In this document: one piece after another, positions 42,171 to 52,679 of the stretch
Layout of the letters: the number at the start of each line of letters is the position of its first letter
How positions within the stretch are numbered: the first letter of the stretch is position 1
Source: an uncultured Gemmataceae bacterium
GTDB taxonomy: Bacteria; Planctomycetota; Planctomycetia; Gemmatales; Gemmataceae
Length of the DNA stretch: 64,000 bases
Assembly (NCBI GenBank): GCA_963750165.1
Contig: CAVVPN010000010.1
Coordinates: 32,001 to 96,000, forward strand
Reading direction: 5' to 3'
Made by a program: the position numbers and the translations under genes
The notes under the pieces: model-generated
What the model was told of the DNA's origin: nothing
Database searches by the model: none
What the model saw: the letters and a program-made list of their open reading frames with translations, nothing else

Positions 42171-42298
42171 TCGAGACAGCGGGGCGTGCCTCTTGTTTTC
42201 GGATTTTTGCGGTGTTACGCTCGACCGCGGAGAAGCGCGGGAACGCCGCGATGACATCCCCCTGACACCGCTGTACCGAAAACCCGGAGACTTCCGCC

Positions 42299-42850
42299 AT
42301 GTTCATCATCTGGGGCTCGACGACGATCACCAGCAAGGTAACCGAGGGCGCGTTCTACTGCCCACGTTGCCGGGTCCATACCAGCTATGTGCAGCGACGG
42401 GTCAAGGAATTTTTCACGCTCTACTTCATCCCCATATTCCCGACACGCACCCTGGGCGAATATGTCGAATGCCGCGATTGTGGCGACAGCTTCCACCCGG
42501 CCATCCTGGAACACTCCGCGGCCGAGATCGAGGAACGGCAACGGCCGTGGACCTGCGTCGATTGCCAGGGCCTGAACCCGCCTTCGGAAATGCGCTGCCT
42601 GAATTGTCACGCCCGCCGCGTCCGTGTCGAGGAAGCCACCCCGGCCGCACCGGCCAGGGACCGGCAAACTTCGGAGACGTTTCGTGGGGCGCCGCCGCGG
42701 CCGACCCCACCCGCCCCGGCCCCCCCGCCCGCCGCGGGGCCGGACCTGGCCACGCTCATTGCGTCGAACAGGTGCAAGGATTGTGGGGTTGTCAACTCGC
42801 TGGTCGCCCTGCACTGCAAAAGCTGCGGCGTCCGGTTGCGTTCTTCCTGA
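42299..42850 (+). CDS. Multi zinc-ribbon domain protein
   Basis: MFIIWG...FYCPRC...FTLYFIPIFP...ECRDC plus four further CxxC pairs. Confidence 0.82.
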   Translation: MFIIWGSTTITSKVTEGAFYCPRCRVHTSYVQRRVKEFFTLYFIPIFPTRTLGEYVECRDCGDSFHPAILEHSAAEIEERQRPWTCVDCQGLNPPSEMRCLNCHARRVRVEEATPAAPARDRQTSETFRGAPPRPTPPAPAPPPAAGPDLATLIASNRCKDCGVVNSLVALHCKSCGVRLRSS

Positions 42851-42927
42851 ACGGCGGCTGGTGGCGCGGCGGTTCCGTACACTATCCCGGTCACCCCACC
42901 ACCCGGCGAAGAGAAAAGGAGGCCCCC

Positions 42928-43830
42928 ATGCATCTGCCGACGCGCCGCCAGTTCCTGTCCACCGCCGTCGCCGCCGGCGCCGCAACCGCGCTGGCCGCCG
43001 CCCCGGCCATCGACCCGATCAAGCGTCCGGGGCCGTCGCGGCTGCACCTGAGCCTGGCCGCATACAGCTACAATCGTTACCTGCGTCTGAAGAACCCGAT
43101 GCAGCCGGCGATGACGCTGGTCGAGTTCATCGACACCGCCGCAACCATGCCGCTGAATGCGGTCGAATTGACGGCGTATTACTTCCCACGGACGACACCG
43201 GAATACCTGGCGGACCTGAAGGGTCGCTGCACGCGGCTGGGCCTGGACATTAGCGGCACTGCGGTCGGCAACAATTTCTGCACGACGAACGCGGCCCGGC
43301 TCAAGGAGGAGATCGGCCACGTCAAGAACTGGATCGAGCACACCTCCCGGCTCGGCGGCAAGACGATGCGCGTTTTCGCCGGCAACGTTGAGAAGGGCGA
43401 CAAGGAGGAGCGGGCGCACAACCAGGCGGTGGCGGCGCTGCAGGAGGTGAGCGAGTACGCGGGGCGGTTCGGCATTTACGCGGCGCTGGAAAACCACGGC
43501 GGCATCACCGCGACGCCGGAGCGGATGCTGGCGATCATCAAGGCGGTCAAGTCGAACTGGTTCGGCGTCAACCTGGACACGGGCAACTTCCACACCGCCG
43601 ACCCCTACGCCGACCTGGCCCGCCTGGCGCCGTACGCGGTCGTGGTGCAGTTGAAGACGGAAATCCACCGTGCCGGCAAGCCGACCGAGGACGCGGACCT
43701 GAAGCGGCTCGTGGACATCTTGCGGCGGGTGAACTTCCGCGGTTACGTGGCGCTGGAGTACGAGGCCAAGGCGGACCCGCACAAGGCGGTGCCGGCGGCC
43801 GTCGCGGCGCTGCGGAAGTTGACGGACTGA
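42928..43830 (+). CDS. Tat-exported sugar phosphate isomerase/epimerase
   Basis: TRRQFL signal; SLAAYS, RVFAG, ALENHGG, NLDTGNF and GYVALEYE motifs. Confidence 0.9.
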   Translation: MHLPTRRQFLSTAVAAGAATALAAAPAIDPIKRPGPSRLHLSLAAYSYNRYLRLKNPMQPAMTLVEFIDTAATMPLNAVELTAYYFPRTTPEYLADLKGRCTRLGLDISGTAVGNNFCTTNAARLKEEIGHVKNWIEHTSRLGGKTMRVFAGNVEKGDKEERAHNQAVAALQEVSEYAGRFGIYAALENHGGITATPERMLAIIKAVKSNWFGVNLDTGNFHTADPYADLARLAPYAVVVQLKTEIHRAGKPTEDADLKRLVDILRRVNFRGYVALEYEAKADPHKAVPAAVAALRKLTD

Positions 43831-43837
43831 CGTCTGT

Positions 43838-43893
43838 GGTCCGTTGCAAGTTGGGTTGAAGCCCCGGTGCTTGTCCCCTGCTTGCAACGGACC
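43838..43893. repeat. 13-bp inverted repeat between convergent genes
   Basis: GGTCCGTTGCAAG...CTTGCAACGGACC. Confidence 0.6.
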
Positions 43894-43898
43894 CTGGA

Positions 43899-44900
43899 CT
43901 AATAATCCGTCGTCGCCAACTGGCGGCAGGCAACCACGAGCATCAGCACACCGAAGCCGACCGAGGACAGCAGCGACCACCCCGGGTAAAACTGGCCCTC
44001 CTGCTGCAACCGCCGGATCACGTCCCAGCTGGACATCGAATCAAAGAACCGTGGCGTGCCGATGGCCTGTTCCAGTAATACGCCGAAGTCCACCGGTTTG
44101 GGCAGCAGCCAGTAGCCGGCCTCCGTCAGGGCGTTCGTCAACGGCGACAACCCCGCCCCGGTCGGCGCCAGGTAGTGCAGCACCGCCACGTAGTGGTGGC
44201 CCGCGTTCATCGCCCAGCACAGCAGCCAGAACAGCAGCGAACCGAACATCGTCGCCACCGTGCTCCGCGTCCACACCGCCAGCACCGTGGAGAAGGTGAA
44301 CATCACCGCGAAATGCAGCACCAGCAGCGGCGCCGCCCACAGGTAGGCGTATTCCCATATGTCCGTACTCAGCCCCAGCGCCAGCCAGGTGCCGCCAAAG
44401 AACACCAGCACCTGGAAGGACACGAACGCCACCACCCCCAGGTACTTGCCCAGCAGGATGACCCAGCGCGGCGTCGGCTTGGTGAACAGCACCGACGCGG
44501 CACTCGGCTGCAGAAAGTCCGGCAGAAAACCCGCCGTCCAGACCAACGTCAGCAGCACGCCAAAGGTGCCAGCGACGTAGCTGGCCAGGATCACTTCCAG
44601 GAATTGCACTGCCTCCTCGCGGTGCCGGCCCTGCTCGACCGTGACGCTGCCGAACAGCAACCGCAGCTGTGTCGGGTTCGGGTTGCGACCGATGAATGGC
44701 TTGTTGTCCTTCGTGTACAGTTCGATGTCGTCCGGCAGTTTCTTCGACAGGCCGCCCTCGACACTGACGCCCAGGCAAAAGACGATGCACACGCCGCTGA
44801 CCGTCAGCATCACCCAGAAGATGCGCGACGCCAGCGCCTGGCGGAACGTGTCGCGGATCAGCCAGTACAGCGCATACAGGACGGCGGAACCATTCACCAC
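43899..44900 (-). CDS. ABC transporter permease
   Basis: LIRDTFRQA, TAGFLPDFL, KPTPRW..LGKYLG; multiple TM helices. Confidence 0.88.
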   Translation of the reverse strand: MVNGSAVLYALYWLIRDTFRQALASRIFWVMLTVSGVCIVFCLGVSVEGGLSKKLPDDIELYTKDNKPFIGRNPNPTQLRLLFGSVTVEQGRHREEAVQFLEVILASYVAGTFGVLLTLVWTAGFLPDFLQPSAASVLFTKPTPRWVILLGKYLGVVAFVSFQVLVFFGGTWLALGLSTDIWEYAYLWAAPLLVLHFAVMFTFSTVLAVWTRSTVATMFGSLLFWLLCWAMNAGHHYVAVLHYLAPTGAGLSPLTNALTEAGYWLLPKPVDFGVLLEQAIGTPRFFDSMSSWDVIRRLQQEGQFYPGWSLLSSVGFGVLMLVVACRQLATTDY

Positions 44901-44975
44901 GGGGATGCGTTCTCCAGGATGTAGACTGGTTGGCAGCCTCTTTCACGTGGGGCAGATTTTCCAGCCTGCTCCACG

Positions 44976-45746
44976 TTACTTGACGGACTGGCGCTGGTAC
45001 ACGTCGCGCAGCGCCTCCTCCAGCGGTCGGTGACCGCCGGTGGCCGGGTCGCGCGTCAACTCCGCCGTCGGGCCGAGGAACACCAGACGACCGCCGACCA
45101 GCACGGCCAGGCGGTCGCACAGCAGTTCGACCTCCGACAGCAGGTGCGACACCAACAGGACGGTACGGCCGCGGCGGCGCTGCTCAGCGGTCAGGTCGCG
45201 GATCAGCTGGCGGCCGGACAGGTCCAGGCCCTCGCTCGGCTCGTCGAGCACCAGCAGTTCAGGATCGTTGACCAGCGCCTGGGCGACGCCGAGCCGCTGC
45301 ACCATGCCCTTGCTGAAGCGCTGGATCGGCTCGTTGGCCCGATCCGCCAGACCGACCTGCTCCAGCAACCGCGGCACCCGCGCCTTGACCTCCGGCTCGG
45401 GTAGCAGGCTCAACGCGCCATAATACTCCAGCAGAGCCGCGGCGGTCAAATAGCGCGGGAAGGCGTGGTTCTCGTGGACGTAGCCGACCCGGGCCAGGGT
45501 GCCGCGGTCGGAGCCCGGTTGGCCCAGGCGGAGCACGCGCCCCGCGGTCGGCCGGCACAGCGACAGTAGCAGTTTCACCAGCGTGGTCTTGCCGGCGCGG
45601 TTGGGTCCGAGCAGACCGAACACCTCGCCCGCCTCGACGCGCAGACTGACGCCGTCCACCGCCCGCAGCTGCTGGCGGCCCAGCAGGCCCCGCGGATAGT
45701 CCTTCACCACGTCCACGAATTCCACGACGCTCACGAACACCCCCAA
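44976..45746 (-). CDS. ABC transporter ATP-binding protein
   Basis: GPNRAGKTT, FSKGMVQR and LVLDEP motifs. Confidence 0.93.
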   Translation of the reverse strand: MGVFVSVVEFVDVVKDYPRGLLGRQQLRAVDGVSLRVEAGEVFGLLGPNRAGKTTLVKLLLSLCRPTAGRVLRLGQPGSDRGTLARVGYVHENHAFPRYLTAAALLEYYGALSLLPEPEVKARVPRLLEQVGLADRANEPIQRFSKGMVQRLGVAQALVNDPELLVLDEPSEGLDLSGRQLIRDLTAEQRRRGRTVLLVSHLLSEVELLCDRLAVLVGGRLVFLGPTAELTRDPATGGHRPLEEALRDVYQRQSVK

Positions 45747-45886
45747 CGGATTGCGGATTGCGGATTGAAAGACCTGAGTTCGTAGTACCGCCTTCAGGCG
45801 GAATCAGCCAGTCTGATTCCGGCGAAAGCCGGCACTACGAACTCAGAGTCTTCCAATCCGCAATCTGCAATTTGCAATCTGCAATT
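45747..45886. repeat. Composite palindrome: inverted heptamer arrays flanking a REP family A pair
   Basis: (GGATTGC)n ... GTTCGTAGTACCGCCTTCAGGCGG...CACTACGAAC ... (CAATCYG)n. Confidence 0.8.
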
Positions 45887-45892
45887 CCCAAA

Positions 45893-48800
45893 TTACTGGA
45901 TCAGCGACACCTGCACGCCGGCTTGCATGATCGATTGAAACGCTGCCTGCATGCTGGTGATGCGCTGCGTGTACGTGCCATAAATTTGCTGGATCGCCGG
46001 GAAATTCGCCGGGTTCTGGTCCGGCGACGTGTTGCCGTAGTTCTGCACCGTCTGCAAGAACGTCAGGGCGGCCGTCTGCTGGGCGCCGGCGTTGGTCGGG
46101 TCGAACAGCGACCCGTAGCCGATGCAGTACACGTAGGCCGGCTTGCGGGTGGTCCCGTAACCCGGCGGGGACGCGTTGGTCGAGGCGGTGATTTGCTTGA
46201 CCACGTTGGTCACCTCGGTGCTACTGTAGGCGCCGGTGGTCGGCCACTCGATGTTCTTCGTGTCCGACAGGTTCGCCGGGTTGTAGACGCGGATCGGGTA
46301 GTAGGTGTCGGAGCCCGACCCCGCGGTGGCGGCGTAGGCACGCCAGTTCGGTGCGCCGTCCGTCTCGAAGATGACCAGCCGCGAGGCCCCCTGCCGTCCC
46401 AGGCCGCCCGCGCTGCCGCGGTAGGTGGTCGAGGGCTGGGCGTACAGGCGCAGGTTGGTCACGCTGGAGCTGAACTGGTTGTAGGCGATCATGAAGCCCA
46501 TGCCGGGGGCTGTGCCACCGTCGGCGCGCGGCACCTGGAACATGTCAGGGGCGTACGGGCCGATCTCCGCGACGCCGCCGGTCACCGTGGTGGGCGGGAA
46601 GAACAAGGAATCCGTGAGTTGCTGATACTGCCGGCCCAGCGGCACGACTGCCTTGTTGTGGTGGCCGACTGTGTTGGTCCCGGTCATCGGGCTGCTGAAG
46701 AACGTCAGGCCGACGAAGTCGTTGGGGTGGTTATTCTGGATGTCGGTGATGGCCGACTGGATGCCCACCTTGCAGGCCCACGCCTGGGCCTCGTGGCAGT
46801 TGCCCGGCCAGGAGTGGTGGGAGTTGCCGTTGTAGCCGGTGCTCAGGTTGTAGTTGCCCAGCCAGTCGATGAAGGTCATCGGGCCGAACCAGAACTGGGT
46901 CCGCGGCCGCCGCGGGCAGTCGCCGTAGTCCATGTACTGCGAGTAAATCTGCACGCTGGCACTCTTGGAGTAAGCGGCCCCCGTGCCCGACTGCAAGTTC
47001 AGGGTGGTAGTGGTGCTGCCGTTCTTGATGGTCACCAGGTTGGTGGTGTCGCCGTTGATGACGGCGTAGTCCAGCATGTAGGCGGAGCCGGCGACGTTCT
47101 TGCTGGCCGATGGCGTGTAGGCGATGGCCGAGGAGAGCGTCAGGGTGGTGGCCCCCTTGGACACCGCGGCCGACAGCGTGCCGGTCGCGTACGGGGCGCC
47201 CGGCGTGGCCGGGGACGGCTGCGGCTGCGGCCGCTGCGAAATCTGCAGCGTGCTGCCCGTCCACTGATAGTAGTCGCCGCCGCCGATCAGCGCGCTGATG
47301 GACACGCCCGACTGGGTGCGGCTGTAGCTGTTCGCGGTCGTGGTGCTGGCGGTGAAGCCGAGCACGAAGTCGATGTACTCCTTCCAGAAGCGCTCGTCGC
47401 TGGGCAGCGACGAACTGACCGTCGTCCACCAGCGGTTGTTCAGGGTGTTGTCCGTGCCGGTGGGCATCGTGGTGTAGTAGCGGATGCGGCCCGCCTGGAG
47501 AGTGGTCGGGAACGGGGCGGGGCTCTGGTTCAGCCAGTACAGGATGGCCGCGTAGTTGATGCGGTAGGTGTAGGTCACCGACGAGCCGTTCTCCGTCACG
47601 GTCGTGGAGGTGCCGGGCGTCTTCATGGTGTAGCCGGAGGCCGGCGTGTCGAACAGGATGGTGTTGTGGTTGACCCAGCTAGGAACCTGGGAGCTGGTGT
47701 TGACGGCCACGAAGAAGCGCTGCCGCCAGTCGTTGGACTGGTTGTTGTACCAGTTGAACGTGGTATTGGTCAGCGAGGTCGGCGGATTGACGACGTTGGG
47801 CCCGCGCGGCGCCGGTGGCCAGATCAAGAACGTCTTGCCCCAGTAGTTCGGGCCCTGCGTGTAGCCGTAATAGTTCGCGCGCACCGCCTTGTAACCGTTG
47901 TACTCAAAGTTGGCGTTGGTGGTCCAGCTGTTGCTATTGAACTGGTAGACCGTCTGGGCGTAGTTGGCGCCGGTGTCCAGGGTCTGCTTCAGGAAGTTGT
48001 CGCCACCGGGCGTCGAGGCGTAGGCGGCGGGGGCAGCGGTGAACGCCAGGTTGCTGCTCGTGTCGGGGGCGACACCGACCGCGTTCTGGAAGAAGTCGGT
48101 GACGATGGCCGGGCCGGCATTGGAGGCGATCACGGCGTTGCTGTAATCGACGGTGGTCCCGTCCGTCGTCGGGTAGGACGGCGTGGTCCCCTGCAGGGCG
48201 GCGGTGGCGCTGTCCGAGTAGTGGCCGAACAGCGGGATGGTGGGGTCGTTGTTCATGGACTGGGTGCGCGCCGAACTGAAGGTGGCGGGGTTGGCCTGGG
48301 TGCCGCTCATGGGCACGCCCAGCAGGCTCTCGAAACGCATCGAGCCGGACAGGTCCATGATAATCATCACATCGCGCGGCCGGTGGACGGCGATGGCCGT
48401 GGCGCTGGTGTTGAACGTGTTCATGCCGAACAGCCGGGCGAAGGCGAAGTTCCCCTGGAAGGTGATGGTCGATTGCACGGCGCTGTACGGTTCGGTGGTG
48501 TCGGTGTTCGTCCACTGAATCGAGAAGCCTTCCGTGCTGGGGTTGGAGTCGTTGTAGGTGTACATGTACTTGCCCACCTGCAACGAGACCTGGCCGGAGT
48601 TATAGGTGTACGAATTGGGGTGGTTCGTCGTCTGGGCCCAGTCGGCGGTAGGGTTGGCCGAGATGGCCTGGCCGAAGACGGAGTTCTCGGTAGCCGACGT
48701 GATGGCGTTGGTCGGCACGCTGGAGAGGTTGTAGTTGACGGTGGGGCTGTTATTGCCGTTGATGGTGCGGGCGCCGGCCATGGCGGAGGCGTCGGCGGCG

Positions 48801-48940
48801 TTCTGGCACTGGTTGCGCGCCACCGCGATCATGCCAATGTCCACCGCCAGGGCGATCATGCCGATCAGGGAAATCGTACACATGCACACGAGGGGCAGGA
48901 CTGAGCCCCGACGCTGCTGAGTTTGTGGTCGCAGGATCAT
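45893..48940 (-). CDS. TadG-like pilus assembly protein with a vWA domain
   Basis: RRGSVLPL...ALAVDIG...CQNAADASAMAGA; RPRDVMIIMDLSGSM; VIFETDG. Confidence 0.88.
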   Translation of the reverse strand: MILRPQTQQRRGSVLPLVCMCTISLIGMIALAVDIGMIAVARNQCQNAADASAMAGARTINGNNSPTVNYNLSSVPTNAITSATENSVFGQAISANPTADWAQTTNHPNSYTYNSGQVSLQVGKYMYTYNDSNPSTEGFSIQWTNTDTTEPYSAVQSTITFQGNFAFARLFGMNTFNTSATAIAVHRPRDVMIIMDLSGSMRFESLLGVPMSGTQANPATFSSARTQSMNNDPTIPLFGHYSDSATAALQGTTPSYPTTDGTTVDYSNAVIASNAGPAIVTDFFQNAVGVAPDTSSNLAFTAAPAAYASTPGGDNFLKQTLDTGANYAQTVYQFNSNSWTTNANFEYNGYKAVRANYYGYTQGPNYWGKTFLIWPPAPRGPNVVNPPTSLTNTTFNWYNNQSNDWRQRFFVAVNTSSQVPSWVNHNTILFDTPASGYTMKTPGTSTTVTENGSSVTYTYRINYAAILYWLNQSPAPFPTTLQAGRIRYYTTMPTGTDNTLNNRWWTTVSSSLPSDERFWKEYIDFVLGFTASTTTANSYSRTQSGVSISALIGGGDYYQWTGSTLQISQRPQPQPSPATPGAPYATGTLSAAVSKGATTLTLSSAIAYTPSASKNVAGSAYMLDYAVINGDTTNLVTIKNGSTTTTLNLQSGTGAAYSKSASVQIYSQYMDYGDCPRRPRTQFWFGPMTFIDWLGNYNLSTGYNGNSHHSWPGNCHEAQAWACKVGIQSAITDIQNNHPNDFVGLTFFSSPMTGTNTVGHHNKAVVPLGRQYQQLTDSLFFPPTTVTGGVAEIGPYAPDMFQVPRADGGTAPGMGFMIAYNQFSSSVTNLRLYAQPSTTYRGSAGGLGRQGASRLVIFETDGAPNWRAYAATAGSGSDTYYPIRVYNPANLSDTKNIEWPTTGAYSSTEVTNVVKQITASTNASPPGYGTTRKPAYVYCIGYGSLFDPTNAGAQQTAALTFLQTVQNYGNTSPDQNPANFPAIQQIYGTYTQRITSMQAAFQSIMQAGVQVSLIQ

Positions 48941-48981
48941 ATGAGGTTCTCCGATTCCCGGCCGCGGACGCGGCCCGGTGT

Positions 48982-49698
48982 TCAGTTCGCTTCGCTGTAC
49001 ATCGCCGACTTGGCCGTGATGTGCATGGTGCTGGGCATCAACAATAACACGGGCAAAATGGGGTCGTAGTCCAGGTCGATCTGCACCACGATGTAGGAGC
49101 CGAACGGCGCGTCGCTGGCCGGCATCACGCCCAGGATATTGTTATTGGTGGTGAAGCTGTTAAAGGCCGTCTGGTTGGCCGCGTTGGACCCGGTGACCCC
49201 GTTGGTGACCGTGTTCAGGGTCAGGTACACCTTGGCGTTGCTGTTCTTGGGATCCTTGACGTAATTACCCGTCGAGTCCGTGCCGATGGTGTATTTGTTG
49301 GGCGTGGGCGTGGTGTTGTCGAGGAAGTATTTGTTGCCGCTGGTGTCGGTCTGGTAGGCGTAGTTGGCGCTGCCGCTGGGGTTGTACTCGAAGGCCATGC
49401 CGCCAGTGCTGTTGCCGGCGTAACACTGCACGGTGAAGTTGGCGACCTTCTGGTTCATGCCGCCCATCTGCTGCGTGACCAGAGTCTGAACGTCGGTGGT
49501 GAGGGTGGACGAGGTAGTGTTGGCGACGGCGTAGCGGGCGCCCGTGCGGCAGGCGCTGGCGGCCAGCTGGCGGATGAAGATGAAGCGGCAGTATTCCAGC
49601 ACCCCGAACAGCAGCATCAGGAACACAACCACCACGGCCGCGGTTTCGACCACGGCGCTGGCGGGGCGCTTGTTCTGCGTAAACGGTGTCACGAGCAT
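48982..49698 (-). CDS. TadE-like protein
   Basis: AVVETAAV..FLMLLFGVLEY...ACRTGARYA. Confidence 0.85.
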   Translation of the reverse strand: MLVTPFTQNKRPASAVVETAAVVVVFLMLLFGVLEYCRFIFIRQLAASACRTGARYAVANTTSSTLTTDVQTLVTQQMGGMNQKVANFTVQCYAGNSTGGMAFEYNPSGSANYAYQTDTSGNKYFLDNTTPTPNKYTIGTDSTGNYVKDPKNSNAKVYLTLNTVTNGVTGSNAANQTAFNSFTTNNNILGVMPASDAPFGSYIVVQIDLDYDPILPVLLLMPSTMHITAKSAMYSEAN

Positions 49699-49719
49699 GG
49701 CAAACTCCTGGTCGGGCAG

Positions 49720-50415
49720 TTACTGCAGCGGGAGGTTGGTGTTGACCGTCAGCGGTTGGTCCTTCATGGACCGCCACTGAACGGTGGCGTACAGGGTCTG
49801 CGTCGGGGTGATCTGGTTGAGCAGAATCCAGCGGACGCGGTTAAAGGGGATATTGACGGACACCCGGAGGCGGTCGAGCTGATGGGCGTCCTGCGGGTTC
49901 TGGTCGGAGGTGATCTTGTTGTTGCTGACCAGGTTGGAATACGCTGTCGAGTTCTGGGCCGACACGTTGCCGTTGATCGAATCGACGCTCACATACACCT
50001 TGGCGTTGCCGTTCTTGGGGTCCGTGACGTACGTGCCGTTGGCGTCCGACTGGATGTAGAGTTTGGTGCCGGAGCCGGTGCTCAGATAGTTGCCGGTACC
50101 GTTGGTCTGGTAGGGGCAGGGGGCGTCCAGGTTGGTGAAGGTGATGTCGCTGGCGTAGACGGTGACGCCGTTCATGGCGCAGTAGTTGATGATGGTGTTC
50201 TGCACGCCGGTGACGGTCTGGTCGTGGGTGGAGGCCTGGCGGCCAGCCTCGCGGGCGGCGTTGTTGAGGTACTGTTGCACCTCAACGAGGCGGCCGACCT
50301 CCCAGAGGCCGATGAGCAGCGGCACCAGGAACAGCGAGACGACCGCGAATTCGACGGCGGCCACGCCGCGGCGCCGGCCAACCGGCGGGCCACCTTTCCT
50401 TGTGCGATACAGCAT
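49720..50415 (-). CDS. TadE-like protein
   Basis: RRGVAAVEFAVV..LLIGLWEVGR...NAAREAGRQAS. Confidence 0.88.
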   Translation of the reverse strand: MLYRTRKGGPPVGRRRGVAAVEFAVVSLFLVPLLIGLWEVGRLVEVQQYLNNAAREAGRQASTHDQTVTGVQNTIINYCAMNGVTVYASDITFTNLDAPCPYQTNGTGNYLSTGSGTKLYIQSDANGTYVTDPKNGNAKVYVSVDSINGNVSAQNSTAYSNLVSNNKITSDQNPQDAHQLDRLRVSVNIPFNRVRWILLNQITPTQTLYATVQWRSMKDQPLTVNTNLPLQ

Positions 50416-50660
50416 GGCAAATCTCTCCTGCAAGAAGTCCCGGGCCCGAGGGGACGGGCGGCGCGGGGGTGGTGCGGGATGCGGACGCGAGCCGGGCGCG
50501 CACCGAGGAAGGGCTCGGCGCCCATGAGACGGGGCACGCTCCGGGAGCGCAACGGGAACGTGGCCGCCCGCGGCCGGGGTCGTGTCGTTGGAACTATAGG
50601 TCACAAATTGCGGGGGTGGCAAATCCGGCGCGGCCGGCAGGGAGAAAATTTTCACCGCGC

Positions 50661-51469
50661 TCACCAGTGCATGACGAATCCGCCATCGACGTTGATGGTC
50701 TGACCGGTGACGTTGTCGGCGCGCGGCGAGGCGAGAAAAACGGCCATGTGCGCGATGTCCTCGGGCGTCTGCCAGCGGCCCAGCGGCACGACGCGCTGCA
50801 CCTTGGCGCCGGCCCACTCCTCGTAGGTCTGGCGCTGCTCGGCCGGTTGCTGGCGGTGCCAGGCCTCCCAGACGGCGCGATTCAGGGCGGTCTGCACCAT
50901 GCCGGGACAAAGCGTGTTGACGCGGACGTTGTACGCGGCCAGATCGCGGGCGGCACACTGAGCGAAGTTGATGAGCGCCGCCTTGCTGGCGCTGTAGGGT
51001 GGGTCGGTCTGCGAGCCGATCTGGCCGGCCACCGAGGCCAGGAACAGCAGCGTGCCGCGCCGCGCCCGCACCAGGGCCGGAGCGAAGGCGTGAGCCACGT
51101 TCACGCCGCCAACGACGTTGACATGCAAGACAGGTGCCCAGTCCGCGGGCTCCAGGTTCCAGAACGGGAAGCCGAACTTGCCGCTGCCGACGGCGACCGT
51201 GAAGACCACGTGGTCGATGCGCCCAGCGCCTGCGCGACCTGAGCGGCCGCCTGCTGCATCCTGGCATAGTCCGTCACGTCGGCCTGGACGGCGAGCGCGC
51301 GGACGCGGAAGGTGGCTTCGAGATCGCGGGCGGCGGCGTGGGCCTCGGGGTCGCGGTCGAGGACGGCGACGGGGCAGCCCTCGGCGGCGAAGGCGGTCGC
51401 GATGGCGCGGCCGATGCCGCGGGCGCCGCCGACGACCACGGCGGTTTGTCCAGTAAGTTGCAGGTCCAT
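50661..51469 (-). CDS. SDR family oxidoreductase, frameshift near 51225
   Basis: VVGGARGIG, YSASKAA, VRVNTLCPG and TGQTINVDGG motifs. Confidence 0.9.
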
Positions 51470-51528
51470 GAGTGGTCCCCTTTGGTTCGCGTGGGGTGGG
51501 CCGCGCGAACCGATAAAATCGTGATGGG

Positions 51529-51577
51529 TCGGAGCCCGAGCGCCAGCGCTGCCCCCGCGCTGGCGCTCGGGCTCCGA
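51529..51577. repeat. Palindromic repeat family C
   Basis: TCGGAGCCCGAGCGCCAGCG...CGCTGGCGCTCGGGCTCCGA. Confidence 0.8.
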
Positions 51578-51609
51578 TCAGAAACAAGAATCACCTTGGC
51601 GATTCGGTA

Positions 51610-52678
51610 TTAGCGCCCCGGGCTCAGGCCGTCATCTGTCGCCTCAATGAACACGTCCACCTGCTGGCCGACCCACAAGCCGCCGCGCTCCGGCAGCACC
51701 GCGTAAATCACCTGCAGCACGCGCGTGTCCACGCGCTCGGTGGCGTCGCCGGTCAGCGACTTCTTGGGCACGACATACGGTTCGACGCGCACGAACTTCA
51801 GCGTGTAGCTGTGTTTGGCGTGGCCGCGTAGCACCGCCCGCGCCGCGGCCTGTGGGAAGAAGCGCGGCACATCCTGCTCGGCGATGTCAGCGCGGACGTG
51901 CAGCGGCCGCACGTTGCCGACCACCAGCAGCGCCTGCCCCGGCGGCGCCCCAACGAACTCGCCGACGCGCACGTTCTTCTGCAACACCGTGCCGTCGATG
52001 GGCGCCCGCACCCACAGGCGCTCCAACTCCGTTTCCGTCTGGATCAGCTGCGCGGGCCTGCTCCACGGCGGCGCGGGCCACCATCTTGTCCGGCTCCCAG
52101 GCGCCGGCCTTGAGCAGCGCGTCCTCCGCCTTCACGCGCGCCAGCTGCTCACGAGCCATGCGCGTCGCCTGCCGCCGGAGGATCAGGTCCTCGTCCGCGA
52201 TGGCCCTGGACGGCAACAGTTTCTCGGCGCGCCGGTACAACTCGTCCTTGTCGATCAGGTTGGCCTCGGCCTCGCGCACCTTGGCGACGCTGGGCGGCAG
52301 TTCCTCGGGCCGCGGCATCCGCTCCAGCTTGCTCAGCTGGGCCTCCGCGGACCACAGCAGGGCGATCCGGTACTTGCGCTCCGCCTGCAGCTGGCGGTCG
52401 TCGAGCCGAAACAGCGGGTCGCCCTGCTTGATCTCCTGGCCGACGACGACGAACACCTCTTCCACGACGCCCGGCAGGTGTGAGCCGATGGCGATGTTCT
52501 CGCTCTGCGGCTCGACGATGCCGGCGGCGGCCAGCGTCCTGCTGTAGGGGCTGCGCGTTGGCTCGACGGGGGGCGACGGCGCCGGCGGTGTTTGCTGGGC
52601 CGTGACGACATGGTGGACCGCCAGGCCGAGCATGCCCAGCGCCAGGGCGGGCAACAGCAGTTTGCGGATCGTGCGCAT
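51610..52678 (-). CDS. Periplasmic adaptor (HlyD/DevB-like), frameshift near 52050
   Basis: [26 protein letters not shown] and [10 protein letters not shown] motifs. Confidence 0.88.
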
Positions 52679-52679
52679 A

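Noticed and set aside
45758..48904. 1048-aa plus-strand ORF and other long antisense ORFs (1287-3326, 15290-17215, 17070-19439, 36466-38748)
   Set aside because: Shadow frames opposite well-supported genes in high-GC DNA, with no recognisable motifs
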